Shown here: positions 30,563 to 39,617 of the stretch, in pieces
How the letters are laid out: every line of letters starts with the position of its first letter
Numbering within the stretch: position 1 is the stretch's first letter
Assembly: GCA_014360825.1 (NCBI GenBank)
Contig: JACIWT010000012.1
Location: forward strand, 72-64,071
DNA from: Chloroflexota bacterium
GTDB taxonomy: Bacteria; Chloroflexota; Anaerolineae; UBA2200; JACIWT01
Length of the DNA stretch: 64,000 bases
Direction: 5' to 3'
Position numbers and translations under genes: made by a program
The notes under the pieces: generated by a model
What the model was told of the DNA's origin: nothing
Seen by the model: the letters and a program-made list of their open reading frames with translations, nothing else
The model's database searches: none

Positions 30563-31464
30563 AACGCATCACCCACATCGGGATCTGGTGGGACCCTCGT
30601 AAGCCCCCTGAGGAATTGGAGAAAGACAAAACACGCATTGCAGAGATCCTTAGGCGGATGGGGATGGGATCTCTGTTTCATCCAGAGCAGCATTTCTATG
30701 ATTTTCACCTGGAGGCAGGGTCGAAGGCTCTGGAGACTTTGGTGGAGGAACTTCAGACAACGCCTCATTTAGCAGACTCACATATTTGGGTTGAGACTCG
30801 CTATACTCGCCAAGAACTGGAATCTGCCGCCATGCTTATCTGGGGGCCAACCAATCAGGCTATTGAAGATGACTACTACGATTTTTCTGCCGAGGGCGAG
30901 GAGCACAGAGATTTGTACAAATACTGTCCGGCTTGCGGGGCACCGATCGGACAAATCCGTGATTTCATCGCCCACAAGGCCCTGATGCGAGGGAAAGAGG
31001 TCTCGTTGACCTACTCGAATCAAGTGATTCTGTCCGAACGGGTAGGGCACCTCCTGCAAGAACATAGCTTGACTGGTTTCGAACTGCGGCCGGTGCGCCA
31101 CTACAAGAAGCCCTACAAGGGAGAACCCACCCTATATCAGCTTAAGGTCACAAACATGCTGCCCCCGATGGCCTCGCCCCCCACCGAGTTTGAGCGAATT
31201 CAGCACTGTGAGGTTTGCGGTACCACGACCCGGTATCTCAAGCACACGCACTTTTGGGGGAAGATTCAATACTACGAGGATACAGACATTTATTATCCCA
31301 AGGGCGTGCTGGAGGTAGTCAAGGACTTTAACTACACCGCCGAGAAGTTCGAAGAGCTACGGGTTGCACATCCATATGTGATCATTACCCAACGAGTGTA
31401 TCGCCTGTTGCATGAGCACAAGGTGAAGAACTGGGCAGCGGTGCCGGTGTATCTGGTGGATTAG
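30559..31464 (+). CDS. Hypothetical protein with two CxxC motifs, embedded in the rhs array
   Basis: About 300-aa ORF. CPACG and CEVCG motifs lie ~75 aa apart. No recognisable catalytic motif. Confidence 0.55.
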   Translation: MKRITHIGIWWDPRKPPEELEKDKTRIAEILRRMGMGSLFHPEQHFYDFHLEAGSKALETLVEELQTTPHLADSHIWVETRYTRQELESAAMLIWGPTNQAIEDDYYDFSAEGEEHRDLYKYCPACGAPIGQIRDFIAHKALMRGKEVSLTYSNQVILSERVGHLLQEHSLTGFELRPVRHYKKPYKGEPTLYQLKVTNMLPPMASPPTEFERIQHCEVCGTTTRYLKHTHFWGKIQYYEDTDIYYPKGVLEVVKDFNYTAEKFEELRVAHPYVIITQRVYRLLHEHKVKNWAAVPVYLVD

Positions 31465-31576
31465 CGCGATGAACTCGATCAAGATAGCCTTTATTGTCTT
31501 GCTACGCGTTGCTTTGGCGGCCAACTTGTTGGTCGGTGCCAGCTTGTCCCACTCTTCTGTCATCGCCACGTCAGCG

Positions 31577-32856
31577 GCGTAGCCGAAGCCTACGACGCCA
31601 ATGGCAACACAATCACGCGCACGGTGGGCAGCGACACCTACGTCTCCTCGTACGACGTCGAGAACCGCCTGACGCAAGTGAAGAAGAACGGGGCCGTCAT
31701 CGCCACCTTCGTCTACGACGGCGACGGGGTGCGGGTGAAGGCCATGGTCAACGGCACGACCACCGCCTACGTCGGGGACTACTACGAGCAGACGGGGAGC
31801 ACCATCCGCAAATACTACTACGCCAATGGCCAGCGGGTGGCCATGCAGCAGAACAGCACCCTGTACTGGCTGCTGACCGACCACCTGGGCTCCACCGCCA
31901 TCACTGCTAACTCGAGCGGTAGCAAGTCCGGCGAACTGCGCTACAGGGCCTATGGGGAGACCCGCTACACCTGGGGCACCACGCCCACCACCTTCCGTTT
32001 CACCGGCCAGCGGGAAGAGAATACAATAGGGCTGTACTTTTACCATGCCCGATGGTATGACCCGGCCTTGGGGCGATTTGTGCAGGCGGATACCATTGTG
32101 CCGGAGCCGGGGAACCCGCAGAGCCTGAACCGGTACTCGTACGTGCTCAACAACCCGGTGCGGTATACCGACCCGAGTGGGCACTGGGTGCCTGTGGATG
32201 AGGACGAATACGGAAGACCAACAAGAAGGCCTTATGTGCCGCCAGTAGTTATATATATCCACAGGGAAATGGTGACCAATGTGCAGGGTAGGATTATGAA
32301 GTTGCTCCAGTCTTTGAACCAGGCGTGCTACAGTTGTGCCTGGGACGATGTGCCTGACTGGATGCCTGGGGTCGGAGAGGGGCGAAGGAACGCAGCTATT
32401 GCTGATACAGCCGCAAAGACAGAAGCATTTGCGATCTTCGGCTGGATGGTACGCCAGGAAGGTCCTTGGGACCCCAAGCCCCACATTGGTCGGGATTACG
32501 GCACCTCCCAACGAATTGGGGACGCCTGGTACTACTACGATATCTGGGGGAACATGATGTTTGGCTACCTGGGAACGGCAGCCGGTTTCTCCGAATCCGA
32601 ACTGCTGGAGGGCGCAGGCCTGGAGCAGATCGGCTCCAGTATGGGATACGCCATACGCGAGCGGAAATCCAGTTACCTGCCAAGGCGAGAGCCAGGAGTT
32701 AGTGGACTGCGTGCCTGGGATGATCCTGTTGATCAAGTCACAACCCAGATTGGTATCAACTTGTGGAATGCCTACAGTCTCAACGTCACCCCGATGGACA
32801 TCATCCAGGCAATTAAGGCAGAACCGAGAATCCCCACGAAAGATGAGCCGTGGTGA
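31577..32856 (+). CDS. Orphan rhs C-terminal cassette 3 (core end + toxin domain CT3)
   Basis: Homology to the main Rhs core begins around 31577 (YDANGNTITRTVGSDTY...) and runs through DPSG. A unique ~225-aa CT follows, containing GPWDPKP and AGFSESELLEGAGLEQ. First in-frame ATG is at 31624. Confidence 0.7.
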
Positions 32857-32890
32857 TGAATCAGCAGAGACCGCGAAATGGGAGGTAGAG

Positions 32891-33490
32891 ATGAAAAAGC
32901 GTACCCTTGGCTGCGTTGGTTTGCTATTCGCTTGCGTGGCTCTGATGTTCTTCTACATCGTGATATATGGCAGGCCAAAGACGAGAGCACAGCCGGTGAA
33001 TATGTACGATCTTATGGTAGACGTGTCAGCCTTTCCCCAGGGATGGGATGTGGAGTTTGGACCCTCTCACCCTCCGCCAAGGAAACACCTCAGAGGGGAG
33101 AGTGAGGGCTTGTATGTGCAGTTTGCGAGGGGCTTTGACCATGGCGCAATGCACATAGTTTGCAGATATACAAACGATCTAACAGCAACGGTTTCCTTTT
33201 ACGTGGACAATGAGTTCCCCAATCTGAGAGAGGCTATGATAACCCCGTGGGCAGTGCCTGAAGGATGGTCATACGAGAGTCCGGTTGCTGACCGCTTCAA
33301 GTTCGCCTGTGCTGAGCTTGAAATATTAGGGCGATTCCGGAGTTGCTCAGCGGTCGCTCAATATGGTGAGTACATCTCTGTCTTCAGAAGCAAAGTATCT
33401 CCTGAGTACATGACGCTACAAGACTTGGAACGCATTCTCAAGGCCATTGACGAGCGCATGGCTCAGCACCTGAAAGGCAATAGCCGGTAA
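32891..33490 (+). CDS. Secreted/lipoprotein-like immunity-family protein (paralog 1)
   Basis: 199 aa. GGAGGT RBS, N-terminal signal or anchor (LGCVGLLFACVALMFFYIVI) and the conserved C-terminus YESPVADRFKFACAEL...MTLQDLERILKAIDERMAQHL shared with 34769-35374 and 35721-36350. Confidence 0.65.
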   Translation: MKKRTLGCVGLLFACVALMFFYIVIYGRPKTRAQPVNMYDLMVDVSAFPQGWDVEFGPSHPPPRKHLRGESEGLYVQFARGFDHGAMHIVCRYTNDLTATVSFYVDNEFPNLREAMITPWAVPEGWSYESPVADRFKFACAELEILGRFRSCSAVAQYGEYISVFRSKVSPEYMTLQDLERILKAIDERMAQHLKGNSR

Positions 33491-33525
33491 GCATGAACTT
33501 ATCAAGCAAGGGCAAGGAGTGTCCT

Positions 33526-33924
33526 ATGCGGAGGAAGCTTCTCTTGATCGGCTGGATCATCGGCATTCTATTCCCCTTTGGGTGGCTCACCTCGTATTCT
33601 GACACCTATCGCCAAGTGTTCGATATGATCTTCAGTCCTCTGTGGGTTCACATCCTGATGCACACTCTGCTCTACCTGGTGTTGGCCTATCTCCTGACCT
33701 GCTTACTGTTGAGGGGCCGTTCTGCACAGATGAGCCTATACCACCTCGGCCTGTTGCTTTTAGTGATTTTCATCATCGCCCTGCTGCAAGAAGGTTTTCA
33801 ACTGCTCTACCAAGGGAGGCTGCCGGGTGCCGATGAGTGGCTGGACATGGGTGTTGATTTGGTCGGGGGTTCATTGGGGCTTCTGATGTTTTGTGTACGA
33901 GTGAGAAGGATATCTCAGCGGTAG
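33526..33924 (+). CDS. Small polytopic membrane protein (VanZ-like topology)
   Basis: About 132 aa with four hydrophobic helices. AAGGAG RBS 6 nt upstream of the ATG. Confidence 0.45.
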   Translation: MRRKLLLIGWIIGILFPFGWLTSYSDTYRQVFDMIFSPLWVHILMHTLLYLVLAYLLTCLLLRGRSAQMSLYHLGLLLLVIFIIALLQEGFQLLYQGRLPGADEWLDMGVDLVGGSLGLLMFCVRVRRISQR

Positions 33925-34094
33925 GTCGAGAACTGCTAATAGGCGTTGTCTGCGGCGCACGATGAATGTTCAAGTAGACGAGTCCGATAGTGATGTTGTG
34001 CCAACTTGCCCCTGACCGGCCTCAGTCGGGGTCTGGTGTTTGATGTGCTCTTTGACAATCTGAGAAGTATCCTGCATCTATACCTTCCGCTAAG

Positions 34095-34763
34095 GTGACC
34101 ACAGCGGTGCTGTGGGTGACCAAGTACTACTACGCCAACGGCCGGCGGGTGGCCATGCGCACGCCCTCCGGCGTCAGCTACATCCATGCTGACCACCCTT
34201 CGGCTTCGCTCAGGGCAGGCCTGGGGAGCACGGCAGTCATCAGCGGGGCGCAGAGTGGCAACATCAGGTACTACCCGTACGGGACCACACGCAGCGGCGC
34301 TGTGGCCACCGCCTACAAGTTCACCGGGCAACGGTTGGATGACAGCACAGGGCTGTACTTCTATGGAGCCCGCTACTACGACGCGGCCCTGGGGCGGTTC
34401 ATCCAGGCAGATACCATCGTGCCGCAGCCGGGGAACCCCCAGGCGCTGAACCGGTACTCGTATGTGCTGAATAATCCGCTGCGGTATGTGGACCCTACTG
34501 GTCGTCGGTATGAGCAGAGCGCCGGGTACGTATTCGATCCCAATTACTGGCGGGACCTCCTACTCTGGTTCGTTCGCGAGGCCAACCGCAATGCCCGGCT
34601 CCCGGAAGTGCAAATCATGCGTCTCAACAATGTAGTGGGCAACTTAGGCCCACCTGGTGCTGGCAGCAAAGCTCTGGCTGGCGGTATGTTCTATCAGTTG
34701 GTCCGGGACAGCGGCCCATGGGATTTCAAGGACGAGACTGAAGATAAAAGGAAAGGAGGCTGA
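34095..34763 (+). CDS. Orphan rhs C-terminal cassette 4 (divergent core end + short CT)
   Basis: Homology starts at KYYYANGRRVAM and continues to DPTG. The CT is short and contains GPWDFKD, related to the CT3 N-part. Confidence 0.6.
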   Translation: MTTAVLWVTKYYYANGRRVAMRTPSGVSYIHADHPSASLRAGLGSTAVISGAQSGNIRYYPYGTTRSGAVATAYKFTGQRLDDSTGLYFYGARYYDAALGRFIQADTIVPQPGNPQALNRYSYVLNNPLRYVDPTGRRYEQSAGYVFDPNYWRDLLLWFVREANRNARLPEVQIMRLNNVVGNLGPPGAGSKALAGGMFYQLVRDSGPWDFKDETEDKRKGG

Positions 34764-34768
34764 AGAAG

Positions 34769-35374
34769 ATGCAAAGAGCCTTGCTGATAGGGACATTAGT
34801 AATGCTGTGCGCATTCGCAGGGGGGTGTGATGTTTTTACTACCCCTCCGCCCCGAGATTGCGCAATAAGCAGTCTAGTTATAGATGAAACAGTTTTCCCC
34901 CCTGGCACAGTGGCTGATCTCCTGGTATCGCCCTTGCCAGGAGGACCGATCCCCAAAACGGCTTTTGAATCCGCTGGGCGTAGCTTCCACTACTCACGCA
35001 CCTTTGGGATCACTACACACAACGTTTATCGCTACAAATCAGCAAATAGGGCAGCCGACGAGTTCGCGCGACGTAGAAAACTTGAATTTTCGGAGGGAGA
35101 GAACAGAGGACCTTGGAAGAAGCCAAGTGATCTTACTTATGAAAGCCCCATCGCTGACCAATTCTGTGTGGCTTGTGGCATGGATGGTAGCTTTTACACT
35201 TGCGTGATGGTTGCCCAATATGAAGAGTATTTCGTGCGGCTAAATGTCCACATGTCTCCTGACACCATGACCTTCCAGGATCTGGAGCGCGTGCTCTGGG
35301 CTGTTGACGAGCGCATGGCCTACTGCCTGAACAAGCCGCTGCCAACGGCACCAGCCGGAACCGCCACGCCATAG
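34769..35374 (+). CDS. Secreted immunity-family protein (paralog 2)
   Basis: 201 aa with an N-terminal signal peptide. C-terminus YESPIADQFCVACG...MTFQDLERVLWAVDERMAYCL ends in LPTAPAGTATP. Confidence 0.65.
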   Translation: MQRALLIGTLVMLCAFAGGCDVFTTPPPRDCAISSLVIDETVFPPGTVADLLVSPLPGGPIPKTAFESAGRSFHYSRTFGITTHNVYRYKSANRAADEFARRRKLEFSEGENRGPWKKPSDLTYESPIADQFCVACGMDGSFYTCVMVAQYEEYFVRLNVHMSPDTMTFQDLERVLWAVDERMAYCLNKPLPTAPAGTATP

Positions 35375-35395
35375 CCATAAGGCCAGGTTTGCGCG
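35335..35395 (+). repeat. Direct repeat copy 1 (3' end of immunity paralog through the CAGGAGAAC junction)
   Basis: About 60 nt near-identical to 36311-36371: CTGCCAACGGCACCAGCYGGAACCGCCACGCCATAGCCATAAGGCCAGGYTTGCGYGCAGGAGAAC. Confidence 0.75.
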
Positions 35396-35724
35396 CAGGA
35401 GAACATCGCTCCTTTGACACGTGGTCGAACATCCACTATGGTTATGTTGGCATAGCAGCGGGCTTCTCGGCTGATGCTCTGCTTGATGGCGCAGGGCTGG
35501 AACAGTTCGGCTCGGATATTCTCGCTTACCGAAAATGGCCTCAGGCTGTTCCGGGAGTCAGCGGGGTGCGACGATTTGATCAGCTATATGATCAGGCAGC
35601 GATCCAGGTCGGCGTTGATCTGTGGAAGACCTATAGCCTGGCAGTAAAACCGGAGGATATCGTCTGGGCGATACAAACTGTGCCTGGTCTCGATAGACGG
35701 CCGGCACAAGGAGGGCATCTATGA
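35389..35724 (+). CDS. Orphan toxin fragment homologous to the C-terminal half of CT3
   Basis: SFDTWSNIHYGYVGIAAGFSADALLDGAGLEQFG aligns with CT3 YDIWGNMMFGYLGTAAGFSESELLEGAGLEQIG. It begins right at a CAGGAGAAC recombination junction. Confidence 0.55.
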   Translation: MRAGEHRSFDTWSNIHYGYVGIAAGFSADALLDGAGLEQFGSDILAYRKWPQAVPGVSGVRRFDQLYDQAAIQVGVDLWKTYSLAVKPEDIVWAIQTVPGLDRRPAQGGHL

Positions 35725-36350
35725 AGAAGATAACTTTGGGCTGCTTGGTTTTGCTGCTTTTGGTCTGTGGGCTGCCGGTAACCCTTTGGGCCCTGCCTTC
35801 ACTACTGCCACCTACCGTAAGAACACCCCCAGTGGATATGCGTGACTTGATGGTAGATGCGACTCCCTTTCCCCCAGACTGGCGTGTGGTGCGCGGGCCA
35901 GAGCCACAACCCGAAAGATCGAGTTTGGATTGGGGAGATGAGAATCTATCTGTGGGCTTACAGCCCACTGGTGATAGAGGTTTTGCGTCTCACTACGTTT
36001 TCAAGTTCCGCAACGAAGCTGCGGCTATGTACGGTCACTTTTGGATTCTAAGACAGGGGGTATTGTTTCCTTCCCACCGGGAATCGAAGATCCCCGCTGA
36101 ATGGACCTACCGCAGTCCGATTGCCGATGATTGGCGCTTTGCCTGTGTAGATTATGGGCAAGGCAAGCGAATGTGGTGTGCTGCTATGGCACGGTATGAT
36201 GAGTATATCTCCGTACTTAATACCACCGTGTCCTCTGAGTATATGACCCTAAAAGACCTGGAGGGTATTTTGAGGGCCATTGATGAACGCATGGCTCAAT
36301 GCCTGGGCAAGCTGCTGCCAACGGCACCAGCTGGAACCGCCACGCCATAG
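35721..36350 (+). CDS. Secreted immunity-family protein (paralog 3)
   Basis: 209 aa with signal peptide MKKITLGCLVLLLLVCGLPV. C-terminus YRSPIADDWRFACVDYG...MTLKDLEGILRAIDERMAQCL also ends in LPTAPAGTATP. Confidence 0.65.
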   Translation: MKKITLGCLVLLLLVCGLPVTLWALPSLLPPTVRTPPVDMRDLMVDATPFPPDWRVVRGPEPQPERSSLDWGDENLSVGLQPTGDRGFASHYVFKFRNEAAAMYGHFWILRQGVLFPSHRESKIPAEWTYRSPIADDWRFACVDYGQGKRMWCAAMARYDEYISVLNTTVSSEYMTLKDLEGILRAIDERMAQCLGKLLPTAPAGTATP

Positions 36351-36371
36351 CCATAAGGCCAGGCTTGCGTG
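36311..36371 (+). repeat. Direct repeat copy 2
   Basis: See copy 1. Followed by a truncated rhs core fragment. Confidence 0.75.
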
Positions 36372-36593
36372 CAGGAGAACACCACGCCCACTACATATCG
36401 CTTTACCGGCCAGCGGGAAGAGAATACAATTGGGCTGTACTTTTACAATGCCAGATGGTATGACCCGGCCTTGGGGCGATTTGTGCAGGCGGATACGATT
36501 GTGCCTGAGCCGGGCAACCCGCAGGCGCTGAACCGATGTATATGTTTTGAATATCACTGCACAGGACCCCTAACTATATCCCGAGTGCCTTAA
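36369..36593 (+). pseudogene. Truncated rhs core fragment (TTPTTYRFTGQREENTIGLYFYNARWYDPALGRFVQADTIVPEPGNPQALNR-), the island's terminal remnant
   Basis: Homology ends before the DPxGL motif. Reading then runs into unrelated sequence (CICFEYHCTGPLTISRVP). Confidence 0.65.
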
Positions 36594-36747
36594 CCCTCGC
36601 TAACGCCCATACCGCTTATCGCACTCCTGATGGCGTCTCCACTTCATTGTGTTCTCTCAATATGCAATGCCTCTGGTCTTCTCCTTGCGGGGAAGACCAC
36701 GTTGGTGCTATACTCTAAGTGATATCGAGAACGGGAGAGCATTTTAT

Positions 36748-37758
36748 ATGGATGAGGTCAAAGTCTTGAGCGTCATGCGGCTGAGCGAAGAGAACCTAGA
36801 AACCCTGCGCCAAGTCTCACCGCAACTGAATATCTCGCAGATTACATGCCACAAGCCAGAGGAAATGGATCCCCTCCTGGACGAAGTGGAAGTGCTCTAC
36901 ACTTACTATGCGGACTTCGATCCTGCCCTGGCCCCGCGCCTCAAATGGATACAACTCTCCAGCGCGGGGGTAGACCACCTCTTAGATAAGCCCGTGATGG
37001 CCTCAGACATCCTCATCACCACCACAAGTGGTATCCATGCCATTCCTATCGCCGAATATGTTTTCGCCTCGGTACTGAATTTCTGGCGGCAATTCCCGCG
37101 CCTCCTAGGATACCAGGTCCGGCACGAATGGCCTCATGGACGCTGGGATGAGTTCCGGGGCGAAGAACTGCGAGGCAAAACGATGGGCATCGTCGGTTAC
37201 GGCAGCATCGGGCGCGAGGTAGGTCGGTTAGCGAAGTGCTTCGGGATGCGTGTACTGGCCCTCAAACGCGCTCCCTCCAAGCGGGCCGACCCGGGCCATA
37301 TTGTGGCGGGAGCAGGCGACCCGGCTGGCACCATACCTGACGCGATTTACGCCCCTGAGGAGTTGTGCGAAATGGTGGCGCAGTGCGACGTTGTGGTCAT
37401 CTGCTTACCCCTGACAGCGGAGACCAAGGGGTTTGTCGGCAAAGAAGCCTTGCGCGCCATGAAACCCGCTGCCTACCTGGTGAATGTCTCTCGCGGCGAC
37501 GTGGTGGACGAAGAAGCCCTGGTGCGAGCCCTGCGTGAAAGATGGATCGCTGGGGCCGGGCTCGACGTGTTCCACCAGGAGCCACTGCCGCCAGATCACC
37601 CGCTCTACGACTTGGAGAACGTCATCTTGACGCCACATATCTCTGCTGTCACCCACGCATACGACGACCGGGCGACCGCGCTTTTCGCGGAGAACCTCCG
37701 CCGTTATCTCCATGGAGAGGAGTTGCTGAACGTTGTGGATCGGGAGCGAGGATACTGA
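36748..37758 (+). CDS. D-isomer-specific 2-hydroxyacid dehydrogenase (NAD-binding)
   Basis: GKTMGIVGYGSIGREVGRLAKCFGMRV Rossmann motif and a catalytic R/E/H arrangement. Start chosen at MDEVKVL with a GGGAGAG RBS (track ORF begins at 36649). Confidence 0.75.
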   Translation: MDEVKVLSVMRLSEENLETLRQVSPQLNISQITCHKPEEMDPLLDEVEVLYTYYADFDPALAPRLKWIQLSSAGVDHLLDKPVMASDILITTTSGIHAIPIAEYVFASVLNFWRQFPRLLGYQVRHEWPHGRWDEFRGEELRGKTMGIVGYGSIGREVGRLAKCFGMRVLALKRAPSKRADPGHIVAGAGDPAGTIPDAIYAPEELCEMVAQCDVVVICLPLTAETKGFVGKEALRAMKPAAYLVNVSRGDVVDEEALVRALRERWIAGAGLDVFHQEPLPPDHPLYDLENVILTPHISAVTHAYDDRATALFAENLRRYLHGEELLNVVDRERGY

Positions 37759-38269
37759 ATCTGGGCTAAAGTACGATGACCGGCCAACGGACGAACTGGC
37801 TGCCCTGGCGGGCCATATGCTGCGCGCGGCGCGGCTCACTCTGGCCGTGGCTGAATCCTGTACAGGTGGGCTCTTGGCCCATCATATCACCAATGTCCCG
37901 GGCAGTTCGAACTATTTCCTTGGCGGAGTCATCGCTTACTCCAACGAGGTCAAAGTACGATTGTTGGGCGTGCCTGTTGAAACGATCGAGCAGCATAGCG
38001 CTGTCAGTTGGCAAACGGCACTGGCGATGGCGCGGGGAGTGCGTCAACGGCTCGGGGCCGATGTGGCCCTTTCGATCACAGGTATTGCTGGCCCGACCGG
38101 GGGCACGCCCGAGAAACCCGTCGGCCTGGTGTATCTTGGTTTAGCGGCGGACGATGCCGAACGCTGGGAAGAGCACCGCTGGTCCGGCACCAGGTTGGAG
38201 AACAAGGAATTTTCCGTGAGAGCAGCGCTAATAATGCTGCTGGCTTATCTGGAAAAGCGATTTTCCTGA
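37733..38269 (+). CDS. CinA C-terminal domain protein (nicotinamide-nucleotide amidohydrolase PncC-like)
   Basis: LTLAVAESCTGGLLAHHIT...ITGIAGPTGG matches the CinA-C signature. Start uncertain. Confidence 0.7.
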   Translation: MWIGSEDTESGLKYDDRPTDELAALAGHMLRAARLTLAVAESCTGGLLAHHITNVPGSSNYFLGGVIAYSNEVKVRLLGVPVETIEQHSAVSWQTALAMARGVRQRLGADVALSITGIAGPTGGTPEKPVGLVYLGLAADDAERWEEHRWSGTRLENKEFSVRAALIMLLAYLEKRFS

Positions 38270-38334
38270 AATGCACTATCAGTGATATATCTCGTTTCTA
38301 AACCCGCTACTTTTCGCTAGTCTGAGAGCGGCAT

Positions 38335-38378
38335 ACGAAAAAATTCTCAGCGGACCTACCGCCCGCTGAGAATTTTGT
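38335..38378. terminator. Bidirectional intrinsic terminator between cinA-like (+) and rplT (-)
   Basis: A6 - TTCTCAGCGG - 9-nt loop - CCGCTGAGAA - T4. Perfect 10-bp stem flanked by A and T tracts. Confidence 0.7.
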
Positions 38379-38407
38379 TCCACTCGCTTGGTGCGATGAT
38401 GATACAC

Positions 38408-38764
38408 TTAGGCTATAGCGCCCTTGGCAATCTCGACCAACCGTGCGAAGGCTGCCTCATCACGGATAGCCAGGTCGGCCAGCATCTTGCGGGAAATTTC
38501 CACGCCAGCGCTCTTCAAACCGGCAATGAAGTGGCGATAATCGAGTCCATTCAGTCGAGCTGCTGCATTGATGCGGGTGATCCAAAGCCGGCGCATGTCG
38601 CGCTTTCTATCGCGCCGGTCGCGATAGGCATACCAGAGCGATTTCATGCGCGCCTCATTCGCACGACGATACAATCGGTGCTTCGTTAACCGCTGTCCCT
38701 CTGTGAATTCAAGTACTTTCTTATGACGGCGATGCGCCGTCACTCCTCGTTTTACTCTTGGCAA
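38408..38764 (-). CDS. rplT: 50S ribosomal protein L20
   Basis: MPRVKRGVTAHRRHKKVL... is the L20 signature. Confidence 0.95.
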   Translation of the reverse strand: MPRVKRGVTAHRRHKKVLEFTEGQRLTKHRLYRRANEARMKSLWYAYRDRRDRKRDMRRLWITRINAAARLNGLDYRHFIAGLKSAGVEISRKMLADLAIRDEAAFARLVEIAKGAIA

Positions 38765-38797
38765 CTGATAGATCCCTCCGAGAAATTCCTAAAGTGC

Positions 38798-39001
38798 TCA
38801 CTTCAGGTAAGGTGCAAGCCGTTTGATGCGCTGGATATCACTCCGGTTCTCGACCGGTAGCATCTCGTCATAAAGGCGCTTCGCGCGCTTGGCTCGCTTG
38901 CGCCTCAAATGGCTCTTGCCCCCCTTCGTGCGCATAATTTTACCAGATCCTGTGATCTTAAATCTCTTTGCTGTTGCTTTATGTGTCTTGATCTTTGGCA
39001 C
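38798..39001 (-). CDS. rpmI: 50S ribosomal protein L35
   Basis: MPKIKTHKATAKRFKITGSGKIMR... is the L35 signature. Confidence 0.95.
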   Translation of the reverse strand: MPKIKTHKATAKRFKITGSGKIMRTKGGKSHLRRKRAKRAKRLYDEMLPVENRSDIQRIKRLAPYLK

Positions 39002-39032
39002 AGTCTATCTAACGCTCCTTAATTTGATTGTA

Positions 39033-39617
39033 TCACTCTTGCTTACTTTGCGAATCCCCAATGCTTTTGCTCGCGCTCCCAGCGCTGGTTGCTTTGGCTT
39101 TCGAGGTCACGAGCATCAACATCGTAGGCCCTTCCATGTGTGGTTCTTGCTCAACCATCGCTACATCGGCGAGTCGGGCCGCGATATCATCCAGTAGTTT
39201 GCGGCCCAATTCTTGATAAGACATCTCGCGGCCTCTGAACCGGACACGGATCTTCACCTTTGCCCCTTCATCCAGAAACTCACGCACGCGTCTGAGTTTC
39301 ACATTGATATCGTGTTCGCCGATCTTCGGGCGCATGCGAATCTCTTTGATTTCCGTGACTTTCTGGGCTTTCCGTGCCTCCCGTTCTTTCTTTGCTCGCT
39401 CATACAGGAATTTGCCGTAATTCAGCAAACGGCACACCGGCGGGCTTGCATTGGGAGCCACCTCCACTAAATCGAGGTCTCGCTCCTGAGCAAGACGCAG
39501 GGCATCGCGAATAGAGAAAATACCGAGCTGGCGGCCAGTCTCATCAATGAGACGAACTTCGGGAGTCCAGATCTCTTCGTTGATTCGATAATCTCTGCTT
39601 ATCTGATTCGCCTCCAT
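39033..39617 (-). CDS. infC: Translation initiation factor IF-3
   Basis: YRINEEIWTPEVRLIDETGRQLGI... and the IF3 C-domain. Start given at the ATG (MEANQISRDYRIN). A GGAGG lies 8 nt upstream of an in-frame ATA (39600-39602), so an unusual AUA/AUU start cannot be excluded. Confidence 0.85.
   Translation of the reverse strand: MEANQISRDYRINEEIWTPEVRLIDETGRQLGIFSIRDALRLAQERDLDLVEVAPNASPPVCRLLNYGKFLYERAKKEREARKAQKVTEIKEIRMRPKIGEHDINVKLRRVREFLDEGAKVKIRVRFRGREMSYQELGRKLLDDIAARLADVAMVEQEPHMEGPTMLMLVTSKAKATSAGSASKSIGDSQSKQE

Noticed and set aside
31357-32736. 459-aa minus-strand ORF and the plus-strand 31494-31910 ORF
   Set aside because: Antisense or alternate frame to orphan cassette 3, which has direct homology to the main Rhs core.
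32561-33490. 309-aa track ORF
   Set aside because: Its 5' two-thirds overlap CT3 in another frame. Only the 32891-33490 portion, which has an RBS and a signal peptide, is credible.
37397-38276. Overlapping ORFs around the cinA-like gene (37405-37839, 37766-38047, 37776-38144, 38008-38301 and 38076-38276)
   Set aside because: Alternate-frame or antisense overlaps of the 2-hydroxyacid dehydrogenase and CinA-C genes.
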